Source: Burkholderiales bacterium
Lineage (GTDB): Bacteria; Pseudomonadota; Gammaproteobacteria; Burkholderiales; SG8-41
DNA: 40,762 bases
Assembly: GCA_919902235.1 (NCBI GenBank)
Contig: CAKKQX010000017.1
Span: forward strand, 1 to 40,762
Direction of reading: 5' to 3'
Part shown: in pieces, positions 18,566 to 26,576 of the stretch
How the letters are laid out: each line of letters begins with the position of its first letter
Position numbering within the stretch: position 1 is the first letter of the stretch
Notes under the pieces: generated by a model
The model's database searches: none
What the model saw: only the letters and a program-made list of their open reading frames with translations
What the model was told of the DNA's origin: nothing
Translations under genes and position numbers: made by a program

Positions 18566-19873
18566 ATGCCGACATTCGACAAGGGATTGCGCTTCGCCGG
18601 CGCGGCCGCGCTGTTCGCCGCGCTGCTGGTTCCGCTGATCGTCGTGCCTGGGCAGATGTTTCCGTTCATCGCTCCGCGCGCGCAGTTTTTTCGTCTATGC
18701 GTCGATGCGGCGACGGTCTGCCTGGGCCTGCTGATCCTGCGCGGCGTGATGACCTTCCCCCGCTTGGGAGTCATCGGCGTGTGCTTCGGCCTCTACGCCG
18801 CCGCCATGCTGGCGGCCGACCTCATGGCCTGGCGGCCGTCCCTGGCGCTGTTTTCCACCATCGAGCGATTCGACGGCTACATGGCGTTGGTCTGGGCGTT
18901 CGGCTATTTCGCGGCCGCGGCCGCGCTGCTGCGCGGGCTCTGGCGGCACTATCTCGCGGGCATGATGATCGTGGCCTTCCTGGCCCTGGGCGCGGCCGTC
19001 TATCAGCTCGCCGGCTGGTTCGCTACCGGCTTTCCGACGCCGCCCCGCGTGTACGGCTCGATCGGCAACCCGTCCTACCTCGGCACCTATGCCGCCCTGT
19101 GCCTGTTTCTCGCGGCATGGCTCTGGAAGGCGGGCTGGCGGCGCTGGGCTGCCCTCGGGTTCGCCTCAAGCCTGGTGTCATTGGTGCTGTCCCAGACGCG
19201 GGGAGCGGTATTAGGGGCCATCCTGGGCGGTTTGGCGGCTATGTGGCTCTCCGGCCGCTGGCGCGCCAAGCAAATCGCCATTTTCGGCCTGGCGTCCCTG
19301 GTCCTGGCCGGAATGGTGGCCTACGCCCTGCCCGACTGGCCTTCGCTTGCCCGATTCCGCCCCACAATCGCCAACGAGCGATGGGAGGTCTGGGCCGTGG
19401 CGCTCGATGCCTTCACGCGCCATCCCGTGCTGGGATGGGGCCACGAAGGCTTCGCGCAGGCTTTCCTGATGCTGGCGGACAAGGGCGCGCCGCAGGGGAT
19501 GCTACCCTACGACCGCGCGCACAACCTGCTGCTGGACAAAATGGTGGAAGGCGGCTTGCTGGGGGCGGGCGCCTACGTGGCCCTCTTCCTGGCCGCTGCC
19601 TCGGCTGCCCGCAAGCAGCCCATCCTGATCGGGTTCCTGGTCTGCTACGCCGTCTCGAACATGTTCCTGTTCGAGGTTCTGGTCACGCAGGCCGCGTTCC
19701 TGGCGTTCCTGGCGATGCTAGTAGGCGGGGACGTAGCGCAGCGCCCCGGTGTCGTCGCGCACGGTGAACCACTTCACGATGGTCGTGCTCGCTCCCGTCG
19801 GGCCGAGCGAGGTCGTGGTCACGGCCACGGTGCCGTTGGCCGTCCACGCGCCGGTTCCGGCGAACTGGACTAG
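18566..19873 (+). CDS. O-antigen ligase / oligosaccharyltransferase (Wzy_C-type) membrane protein
   Basis: Many TM segments with RVYGSIGNPSYL, SQTRGA, RWEVW..ALDAF..HPVLGWGHEGF and DRAHNLLLD..VEGGLLG. Lone plus-strand gene in the late region; AAGGGGG RBS. Confidence 0.8.
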   Translation: MPTFDKGLRFAGAAALFAALLVPLIVVPGQMFPFIAPRAQFFRLCVDAATVCLGLLILRGVMTFPRLGVIGVCFGLYAAAMLAADLMAWRPSLALFSTIERFDGYMALVWAFGYFAAAAALLRGLWRHYLAGMMIVAFLALGAAVYQLAGWFATGFPTPPRVYGSIGNPSYLGTYAALCLFLAAWLWKAGWRRWAALGFASSLVSLVLSQTRGAVLGAILGGLAAMWLSGRWRAKQIAIFGLASLVLAGMVAYALPDWPSLARFRPTIANERWEVWAVALDAFTRHPVLGWGHEGFAQAFLMLADKGAPQGMLPYDRAHNLLLDKMVEGGLLGAGAYVALFLAAASAARKQPILIGFLVCYAVSNMFLFEVLVTQAAFLAFLAMLVGGDVAQRPGVVAHGEPLHDGRARSRRAERGRGHGHGAVGRPRAGSGELD

Positions 19874-20137
19874 GCCGGGATTGGACAGGCCGCCGGTGAT
19901 GAGGAAATTGGTGCGCGGCGTGCCGGTGCCCCCAGGAGCCACGGTCGAGTTGATGTTGTTGATGAGCGTGTTCAGATCGCGCAGCGCGGCGGGGAACTGG
20001 ACCGACGTGGTGGCGGTGCCTGGGCCGGTGAACAGCGACAGGCTGCCCGCATAGACGCCGGGGATGACCAGCACCCCGACCATGAGGCCCAGGCCGACCA
20101 CGATGCCCGAGAAGATTTTCCGCAGAAAGTCCTTCAT
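19718..20137 (-). CDS. Signal-peptide-bearing structural-region protein
   Basis: GGAGG RBS; MKDFLRKIFSGIVVGLGLMVGVLVIPGVYA|G; Thr-rich; ends in RYVPAY. Confidence 0.65.
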   Translation of the reverse strand: MKDFLRKIFSGIVVGLGLMVGVLVIPGVYAGSLSLFTGPGTATTSVQFPAALRDLNTLINNINSTVAPGGTGTPRTNFLITGGLSNPGLVQFAGTGAWTANGTVAVTTTSLGPTGASTTIVKWFTVRDDTGALRYVPAY

Positions 20138-20172
20138 CGTCGCCTCCAGCGATCAAGCCCTAGGGCCGTTGC

Positions 20173-20192
20173 GCGGGGGACAATACCCCCGC
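20173..20192. terminator. GC hairpin after the lysis cassette
   Basis: GCGGGGG-ACAATA-CCCCCGC; no clear U-tract. Confidence 0.3.
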
Positions 20193-20199
20193 TTGTACG

Positions 20200-20820
20200 C
20201 TACCGCAAGGGCCCGAGCATGCTCCGCCAGCCCTCGCCGTCGGGAGACGGCCGCCACAGATCGGCGGCCGCGACCAAACTGCCGTGCGTTTCCTTGGGAT
20301 AGTAGACGTTCTCGGCGCATAGCGGCATCGCCTGGTTGATCTTGCCGCCCAGCGTGTTCAGGCCCAGCTCGCCCAGGCGCTGCCACGGAGTGCCCTTTTC
20401 CTCGTCGGTGTAGATGTGGACCCAGCGCAGCGAGCGATCGCGCAGCGCCCGGTATTCGTCGCCCATGTCCGCGCGCACGGGCGTCGCGACCGTGACGACA
20501 GTATCTATCCGCAGGCCGAAACGCGCGGCATAAGCCGCGACCTGGCCGCCATGGGAATGCGCGATCAGCGAAACCATGCGACCGGGGCATTTGAGAGCCG
20601 CGTACCACGCCAGCGCGCGGCCGGCCGCGTCCCAATGGAAGTTGTTCCTGTCCACGCCATCCAGCGCGGTGCTCCAATAAAACGGGTCGCTGTCGTCGAG
20701 CGGCTGATAGCCGCCCTCCTTGAGCATCCGCCAGAACTCGGAGCCGGGACGCCACCAATCGGCGTTAGCCCCCGTCTCCAGGCCCCATGTGCCCGCTATC
20801 GTTACGACCGGAGCGGCCAT
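20200..20820 (-). CDS. Alpha/beta hydrolase (lipase/esterase-like)
   Basis: VVTIAGTWG, nucleophile elbow IAHSHGG, VVTVATP, C-terminal His (ETHG); TAATG-coupled start at 20820. Confidence 0.75.
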   Translation of the reverse strand: MAAPVVTIAGTWGLETGANADWWRPGSEFWRMLKEGGYQPLDDSDPFYWSTALDGVDRNNFHWDAAGRALAWYAALKCPGRMVSLIAHSHGGQVAAYAARFGLRIDTVVTVATPVRADMGDEYRALRDRSLRWVHIYTDEEKGTPWQRLGELGLNTLGGKINQAMPLCAENVYYPKETHGSLVAAADLWRPSPDGEGWRSMLGPLR

Positions 20821-21350
20821 TACAGGCCTGGGATGCCCACCGACATCAGCGCGCCGCGCACCCCCACCTTCCCGGCGATGGCGAGGATGGCCTGACGCTC
20901 GTCCATGATCAGCGGCGCACACGCGATGGTCAGTTCGTTATGCGTGTTCTGCGAGTTCGGGCTGTTCAGCAGGTCGCGCTTCTTCTGGAAGGCCGAGAAC
21001 GCGCCGGCCACCTGCCCGACCGTGGCCTGCGGATCGCCCAACCCCTTAACCTTCTCCAGCAGCTTTTCCCAGCACGGGGCCGATACCGTGTCGTTGTGCG
21101 CCCGCGCGTCGGCTAGGGCCACGGTCAGATCGGCCGCCGTGAACGCCAGGAGAAACTTCACCGGATCCACGTCGCCCTCGGCGTCCGTCGCAGCCAGCTT
21201 GGCCTGCTCGCGGTTCGCCTGGATGCCGCCGCACGACGCCATGACGAGGGCCACGACGAACAGCGCGGCGGACAGGAGGAGGCCGCGGCCCACGGCGCGC
21301 GCGTCGCGCATGCCGGCGGCCATTTCTTCCAAGAACGACAGCGACTTCAT
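20820..21350 (-). CDS. Lipoprotein in the lysis cassette (spanin-like candidate)
   Basis: Hydrophobic segment ending in VMASC lipobox; follows the holin-like gene. Confidence 0.55.
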   Translation of the reverse strand: MKSLSFLEEMAAGMRDARAVGRGLLLSAALFVVALVMASCGGIQANREQAKLAATDAEGDVDPVKFLLAFTAADLTVALADARAHNDTVSAPCWEKLLEKVKGLGDPQATVGQVAGAFSAFQKKRDLLNSPNSQNTHNELTIACAPLIMDERQAILAIAGKVGVRGALMSVGIPGL

Positions 21351-21703
21351 TTCGTGCCCCCTTGCGGCGCCGGGATTGGCGCGGCGGCTGGCGCGATGTC
21401 CTTGCGGGCGCTCCCGGCCGACGAGCCCAGGTAGTAATTGACCACCTGCGTGAACGAAGCGGTCAGGGTGCCGATGTTGATGAGTAGGATTTTTTCCATC
21501 GTCTCGGACATCTGGATGCCCGGCCGCGCCAGCAACACGAAGATCAGCGCGAAAAACCCCAGCACCACCATGATCGTGACCGCCACCGCGCCGTAGGCCA
21601 TCAGCTTGTTGGCGCGGTCCAGCGAGATTTTGTGGATCAGCGAGCGCGACGGGCCATTGGAGGCGGCTGGCGCGGACGGCGGCGGGACGGCGCTGGCGGT
21701 CAT
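21347..21703 (-). CDS. Holin-like two-TM protein
   Basis: Two TM segments and VVNYYLGSSAGSARKD; directly after the endolysin. Confidence 0.65.
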   Translation of the reverse strand: MTASAVPPPSAPAASNGPSRSLIHKISLDRANKLMAYGAVAVTIMVVLGFFALIFVLLARPGIQMSETMEKILLINIGTLTASFTQVVNYYLGSSAGSARKDIAPAAAPIPAPQGGTK

Positions 21704-21712
21704 GGATTTCTC

Positions 21713-22195
21713 CTAAACCATCGGCCTAGGTGTATCACCCGGCCAGTTTCCGGTCAAAAGCATGTCCGCGACCGCCCTCGCGCGCGCTGGCGTCTGCCGC
21801 GCCCACCGGCTCGCCAGTGCCTCGTCGCGCGCGCGGTCCCAATCCCCACGCCGAATCGCGTCCAGCATGAGATTGAAGCCTTCCAGCCTCTGCCGGCCCA
21901 TCTGATAGGCCATGTCCGCCAGAGCCGCCTGGCGCGCGGGCGCGATCGTCTTGAACGCCTCCCGCCCGACCGCCAGGGCTGCATCGTTGGCCGCGCCGGA
22001 CAGCCGGATCGCCAGTAGAATGCCGCACTCGCCCTGCGTCGCCGGATTGACGCTCAAGGCGAAGCCCCAGCCGAAGGTAGGGTTGCCCTTGATCCTGTCA
22101 CCAGGCCCGAGCTTCTCGCCCGTGGCGTCGTCGTAGATGTAGCCGCGAAAGCCCTCGTGAAGCTTTATCAGGTCTTCCAGGCTGCGGATTGCCAT
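21713..22195 (-). CDS. Endolysin, T4-lysozyme-like (GH24)
   Basis: LIKLHEGFR...Y.D, PTFGWG, ALADMAYQMG, SRWARQTPARA. Confidence 0.9.
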   Translation of the reverse strand: MAIRSLEDLIKLHEGFRGYIYDDATGEKLGPGDRIKGNPTFGWGFALSVNPATQGECGILLAIRLSGAANDAALAVGREAFKTIAPARQAALADMAYQMGRQRLEGFNLMLDAIRRGDWDRARDEALASRWARQTPARARAVADMLLTGNWPGDTPRPMV

Positions 22196-22223
22196 CCCGA
22201 TCCCCCTGTGTTAAAAAGATGCC

Positions 22224-22303
22224 GTGCGGTCGCTCCGCGTGACCGTGCCTCTGACGATTTCCTCCCTGTTGAACTAGCCCCGCTTCGGCGGGGCCTCTTT
22301 TTT
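22224..22303 (+). ncRNA. Candidate small RNA antisense to the lysis cassette
   Basis: TTGCCA(22189-94)-17-TAAAAA(22212-17), 5' hairpin 22226-46, single-stranded CCTCCC, then a plus-strand intrinsic terminator. The 5' end is estimated. Confidence 0.45.
22277..22303 (+). terminator. Rho-independent terminator (plus-strand polarity)
   Basis: GCCCCGC-TTCG-GCGGGGC-CTCTTTTTT. Confidence 0.7.
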
Positions 22304-22671
22304 CAAGTGCCGCTGCCGAAGAACTTCATCAGTTTCTCGACCCACACGATGCCCGAGCCGCCCGCCGTTGGAATGCCGACGCCAAACGCGATGCCCGTGG
22401 CCCTGGCCTTTAGGCGCTCCATGTCCTCGCGGTGCTTCTTCAGGCCGCTCACGTCGTGCTTGACCGCCTCGACATCCTGGACGAAGCCGCGCAGTCCGAG
22501 CAACTCGACGTTCATCACATCGAGCTTCTGCTTGAACGCGCCCCAATCCTTCAGGAACTCGTCGCCCTGCTTCATCCGCATTTCCATGATCGTCTCGATC
22601 TTGGTCAGGCGGTCGCCGAACTGAATTGCCAGATCGGCCGCGCCGTTGCGATGGCGGGGAGGCACGGTCAC
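22303..22671 (-). CDS. Coiled-coil protein with C-terminal hydrophobic segment (lysis-associated candidate)
   Basis: RLTKIET...coiled coil...GIAFGVGIPTAGGSGIVWV; upstream of the endolysin. Confidence 0.5.
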   Translation of the reverse strand: MTVPPRHRNGAADLAIQFGDRLTKIETIMEMRMKQGDEFLKDWGAFKQKLDVMNVELLGLRGFVQDVEAVKHDVSGLKKHREDMERLKARATGIAFGVGIPTAGGSGIVWVEKLMKFFGSGT

Positions 22672-22676
22672 ATCAC

Positions 22677-23765
22677 CTAGTTGCGAATTATCTTGTTCAC
22701 GACGGCGGTTGGCTGCACGTTCTCGCTCGACCCGCCGGCGCCGCTCGATACCGCGCCCGACGCGCCCGTGACCGCCCCGTTGCTCGGCCGAACGATGTCC
22801 AGGTTCGGCGGCGTGCCGACAGCTCCAAACAAGGAGCCGACGCCATCGGCGGTCACACGCAAAGGCGTGGGAGTCGAGCCCGTGGAGATTCCTCGCGCCG
22901 CCGCGCTATCGACATAGGTTCCCGCCGCATGGGTGTGCGCCTGCATCCGCTGATCGCCGCAGGTCGCCCCCAGCGTCGTTCCGGTGCAGCCGCTCGTCGC
23001 CGTGAGACGGCTCGCCGCCGACCCGCCCATGTCGTCCTTGCCGGCCGCCAAGCGCCCGCGCAGGTCCGGCAGCCGGAAATTCCCCGCGCCCTCGCCGCCC
23101 GTGTTCCAGTTGGTCGAGATCGCCGTGTAAAGCCCGGCATAGCCCGCCTGGGCCACGATCTGGCCATAGGTCAACTGCCAGCCAGCCGGGGCGGTAGCCC
23201 CGGCGAAGTCCTTGACGACCCCCGGATCGTCGGTAACGGACGGATTCAGCAGCAGATAGCGGCTGCCGTCGTACATCAGGTTGTAAAGGCCGCCCGAGAC
23301 GATCTCGCCGCCGCCCAGCGTCGTCACGCCCGCGCTGCCGGTAGCCCGGTAGATCGCCGTCGCGCCCGTGGAGACCGCGTTCATCGTGGTCGCGCCAGTG
23401 TTCGACACCGTGGAGATGAACGACAGGATTTTCCCGGCCACCAGGGTGAAAGCGTTGGGCGAGACCGTCGTGACCACCAGCGTGTTGGGCGTACTGGTGA
23501 CGGCGGTGGCGTAGTAGTTGTTCGTGCCGCCCTGGGCCGCGCTCAACGGCGTGGTCAGCCCGGACAGGCTGGTGATGTCGCTGTTCGCGCCGTTGGCCGC
23601 CGCGTTGGCGTTCACGCAGGCTATCGTGGCGTTGAAGTTCGCCATCACCTGCGTCGCGCTGGCGGTCGTGCCTTCCTGCAAATTGAACGGAGCCGAACCG
23701 CAGATCACCGCCTGGGCGGGCGACGCAAACAGCAGCGCCGCCAGGAGGGCCAGAATTTTCTTCAT
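22677..23765 (-). CDS. Tail fibre/collar-domain protein with N-terminal signal peptide
   Basis: MKKILALLAALLFASPAQA|V; ASATQVMANFN head; collar motif PGVVKDFAG.TAPAGW...YAGLY.AI...NFRLPDLRGR; C-terminal NVQPT.VVNKII. Confidence 0.8.
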   Translation of the reverse strand: MKKILALLAALLFASPAQAVICGSAPFNLQEGTTASATQVMANFNATIACVNANAAANGANSDITSLSGLTTPLSAAQGGTNNYYATAVTSTPNTLVVTTVSPNAFTLVAGKILSFISTVSNTGATTMNAVSTGATAIYRATGSAGVTTLGGGEIVSGGLYNLMYDGSRYLLLNPSVTDDPGVVKDFAGATAPAGWQLTYGQIVAQAGYAGLYTAISTNWNTGGEGAGNFRLPDLRGRLAAGKDDMGGSAASRLTATSGCTGTTLGATCGDQRMQAHTHAAGTYVDSAAARGISTGSTPTPLRVTADGVGSLFGAVGTPPNLDIVRPSNGAVTGASGAVSSGAGGSSENVQPTAVVNKIIRN

Positions 23766-23766
23766 G

Positions 23767-25389
23767 TCACGTCCCCGTGTCCTGCAAGAGGTAGCCCAAC
23801 TGCTCGAAGCGCATGTAGAGGTTGCCGATCCGCACCTGGCCCGACGAGTTGCCGTGCAGCAGCAGCGACCCCTGCTTGAACACCAGCGGCTTTTCCCACG
23901 GAATCTGGCGCTGCTTTAAGACCGAGGTTGAGCCCCATGTCGCGGCGCCCCAGGTGAACGATCCCCACACCGGCCCGGCGCTGGCGCTGTTGAATAGCGA
24001 CACGCTGTTCAACACCGTCCCGTCCTCGTCCTGGAACGAGCAATCGACCTGCTGCTGCGCCGGAAGCTGCATCATCACGGCCGTCTCGTTCAGGCAGTTC
24101 TCGTTCATCCCGCCGCTGTCCGGCAGCAGCACCGTCTGGAAATCCCAGGTCAGCGTCGCGCCGTCCTCGGTGAAGATGGCGAGTGCCGAGGGATAGGCCG
24201 CGCTGGTGTAGAGCGCGATAGTGTCGAACTGCGGCGCCATCACGAAGGTCGAGCCCCAAGGCTGGATCGCCGCCGCCGCGCAGGTGTGCGGCCCGGTCCA
24301 AATCTTACGCGAGAAATCGAACCAGTATTCCTGCCAGGGCGTCCCGGCCGCGACGTTGTTCTGCACCGAGAAGCGCAGCGTATCGGCCGTGGACGCGCCG
24401 ACGATGCGCGAGGGCGTCACCGCGTTGATGAACGGATTGGTGATGCCGTCGCCGCCGTCGCCGATCGGTTCCGACACGTTCGCGCCGTAGTCGATCAGGC
24501 GCAATCCGTCCGGCGAGATGAAGGCGATGCCCGCAGGCGTGTCGCAGATCGACAGCGGCGCGTCGGTGCCGGTCGCCACGTTCAACTGGTTCACGGCCCA
24601 GGTGCTGGTCGCGAAGTCGCCGGTGATCTGGTACATCGTGACCGCGCCCTTGAACGCGATCAGCGATTGCACGACGCCGCCCGAGGTCGTCGCCAGGGGA
24701 AGCTGCGCCAGGGCCGTCACCGCCGTGCTGTCGCCGATGGTCAGCACCTGCGTCGCGTTGGTGATGACCAGCGGATTGCCGCTGTCCGAGGCGTTGAGCG
24801 CGTTGCCGCAGATGTAGTAGGCCCGGCCGCCGAACTGCGCCACGCCCGTCGGCACGCTCGGCAGCACGTTGGTCGCGGTGTTGCCAGCACTCCAAGCCGG
24901 GGCGCTCGGCGTCGAGATGTTGATCCAGCCGACATAGTTTCCCGAGGCCGCGCTGAAACCGGGATGCGTCACCACGATACGCGTGCCCACCAGCTTCATT
25001 ATCGGCGGCGTCCATGCGCCGGTGGACAACTGGCTGGTCGGGCAGTTCGCGCCGCCGCCACTCGGCACCACGCCCGAGACCGCCACGAAGGCGTTGGCCG
25101 ACAGGTCGTAGCAGTAGGGCCGGTCCACACCGCCCGATATGCCCGCCATGAAATAAATCTGGTTGCCCACCACCAGCGACGCGCTGATGAAGGCGGTGAT
25201 CGCCGGGCTGGGCGGGAAGCCGGCGAGCGCCACCGCCGCCGGGCGGCACATGAACAGGCCCTTGGTCGTAGGATCGGGGATCAGATTGGCGAGCTGCGTC
25301 ATCGCCCCAGGGAAAGCGTTGCCGCCGTCGAGCGCGTCGCTGATGCCGCTCGGCGTCCATTTCAGCGGGCGCGAGTTGCGGATCGCCAT
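23767..25389 (-). CDS. Tail nozzle / DNA-stabilisation protein (P22 gp10 / tail tubular B-like)
   Basis: 540 aa, beta-rich; NLIP...L..RP start; follows the adaptor gene. Confidence 0.65.
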   Translation of the reverse strand: MAIRNSRPLKWTPSGISDALDGGNAFPGAMTQLANLIPDPTTKGLFMCRPAAVALAGFPPSPAITAFISASLVVGNQIYFMAGISGGVDRPYCYDLSANAFVAVSGVVPSGGGANCPTSQLSTGAWTPPIMKLVGTRIVVTHPGFSAASGNYVGWINISTPSAPAWSAGNTATNVLPSVPTGVAQFGGRAYYICGNALNASDSGNPLVITNATQVLTIGDSTAVTALAQLPLATTSGGVVQSLIAFKGAVTMYQITGDFATSTWAVNQLNVATGTDAPLSICDTPAGIAFISPDGLRLIDYGANVSEPIGDGGDGITNPFINAVTPSRIVGASTADTLRFSVQNNVAAGTPWQEYWFDFSRKIWTGPHTCAAAAIQPWGSTFVMAPQFDTIALYTSAAYPSALAIFTEDGATLTWDFQTVLLPDSGGMNENCLNETAVMMQLPAQQQVDCSFQDEDGTVLNSVSLFNSASAGPVWGSFTWGAATWGSTSVLKQRQIPWEKPLVFKQGSLLLHGNSSGQVRIGNLYMRFEQLGYLLQDTGT

Positions 25390-25392
25390 CGA

Positions 25393-25668
25393 TCACGCCA
25401 AACGGAGGCCACGAACCGGAGCCATCGTAGCCCCCGCCGTGAAGCATACGCCGCGCATCAACATGCCGGCCGCCTTGTCGATGTCCGGCATCGATCCGGC
25501 GACATAAAGCCTTCCTTCACGATCGATCCCGACCAATACAAGATCGGAAAGGCCGGCTTTCTTCGCGCCGTCGAGAACGCGGCCAACCTCCACCGCAAGC
25601 CCAATATCCCGGCGCTCCACTCCCGGAAGTGTGTAGATTTTGGCCGCCTTCTTTCGGTTTTTCGCCAT
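25393..25668 (-). CDS. Hypothetical protein
   Basis: 91 aa; VLDGA...LSDLVLVGIDREG.LYVA. Confidence 0.55.
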   Translation of the reverse strand: MAKNRKKAAKIYTLPGVERRDIGLAVEVGRVLDGAKKAGLSDLVLVGIDREGRLYVAGSMPDIDKAAGMLMRGVCFTAGATMAPVRGLRLA

Positions 25669-25832
25669 CAGGCATTCCTGGGGATGAATCCGGTCCCGAC
25701 TTTCTTGGCGTCCTTGATCGCCTTGGCGGCGATCTTCGAGCCGCGCTTCTTCAACTTGCGGAGCGCCGTCAGCATGATCGTGCGCTCATCCTCAAGCTGC
25801 CCGAACGGGTCGGTGATCGTCGGTTTGCCCAT
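25668..25832 (-). CDS. Small basic hypothetical protein (54 aa, below the ORF-track cut-off)
   Basis: MGKPTITDPFGQLEDERTIMLTALRKLKKRGSK...; fills the gap and is TGATG-coupled to the next gene. Confidence 0.5.
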   Translation of the reverse strand: MGKPTITDPFGQLEDERTIMLTALRKLKKRGSKIAAKAIKDAKKVGTGFIPRNA

Positions 25833-25833
25833 C

Positions 25834-26571
25834 TCACCACCCCACTAGCTTTGTCGAAGGCAGGCTGCTGAAGTTGTTCTTGAACCTGCGGCCGTCCAGC
25901 TTCACCGTCTGCGAGCGGTTCGACTGGTTATCCTTCATCTTGAGATACCGCAGCAGCATCCCTTGAGCGCCCGCCGGGCCGTCGCCCAGGAACGTCTCCC
26001 AGCGCGTGTCGCCCGTGATCTTCATCAGCTCGCCCGAGAGCCGCGTCACCATGTAGGTGTCCATCGGGAACCACGGACTGCTGCCGCTGCTCTCCGGCGT
26101 CGCGATGGTCGCGCCCTTCTTGCGGTAGCGCATGAAGAACGTGTAGACACCGCTCGGCGCCGGATAGAAATACGCGCCAGGCGGCGACGTGCTCATGTCC
26201 ACCGCCATGAAGTACGGATAGCTCTGCAACCCGGCCTGCGTCACCTGCTGATCCAGCTCGGCGATGTCGATGGGGATCAGCGGATAGGGCACGTTCTGGA
26301 GGAACCACATTGCGTCGCCGGCGATGGCGCGCAAAAAGTTCGCCGGCAGCGGATACGGGCCCATACCGTTCGAGATATTCGGGTTGTCGGACGTGGAGAT
26401 CAGCGCGGGATTGAAGGCGAAGCTGGTGCTGCCTTCCGACAGATCGAAGTCGTAAGTGAAGGCAAGCTCCTCAAGGATCGCATTGAAGAACTGACCGGCC
26501 TGGGAGGTGTAGCCAGGACACTTCGCCGTTTGGACGGCGAGGGTGATGATCTGGGTCGCGGTCAGCGCCAT
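25834..26571 (-). CDS. Head-tail adaptor / tail tubular protein A-like
   Basis: MALTATQIITLA...YPLPANF...YFYPAPSGVYT. Confidence 0.65.
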   Translation of the reverse strand: MALTATQIITLAVQTAKCPGYTSQAGQFFNAILEELAFTYDFDLSEGSTSFAFNPALISTSDNPNISNGMGPYPLPANFLRAIAGDAMWFLQNVPYPLIPIDIAELDQQVTQAGLQSYPYFMAVDMSTSPPGAYFYPAPSGVYTFFMRYRKKGATIATPESSGSSPWFPMDTYMVTRLSGELMKITGDTRWETFLGDGPAGAQGMLLRYLKMKDNQSNRSQTVKLDGRRFKNNFSSLPSTKLVGW

Positions 26572-26576
26572 CCGGC

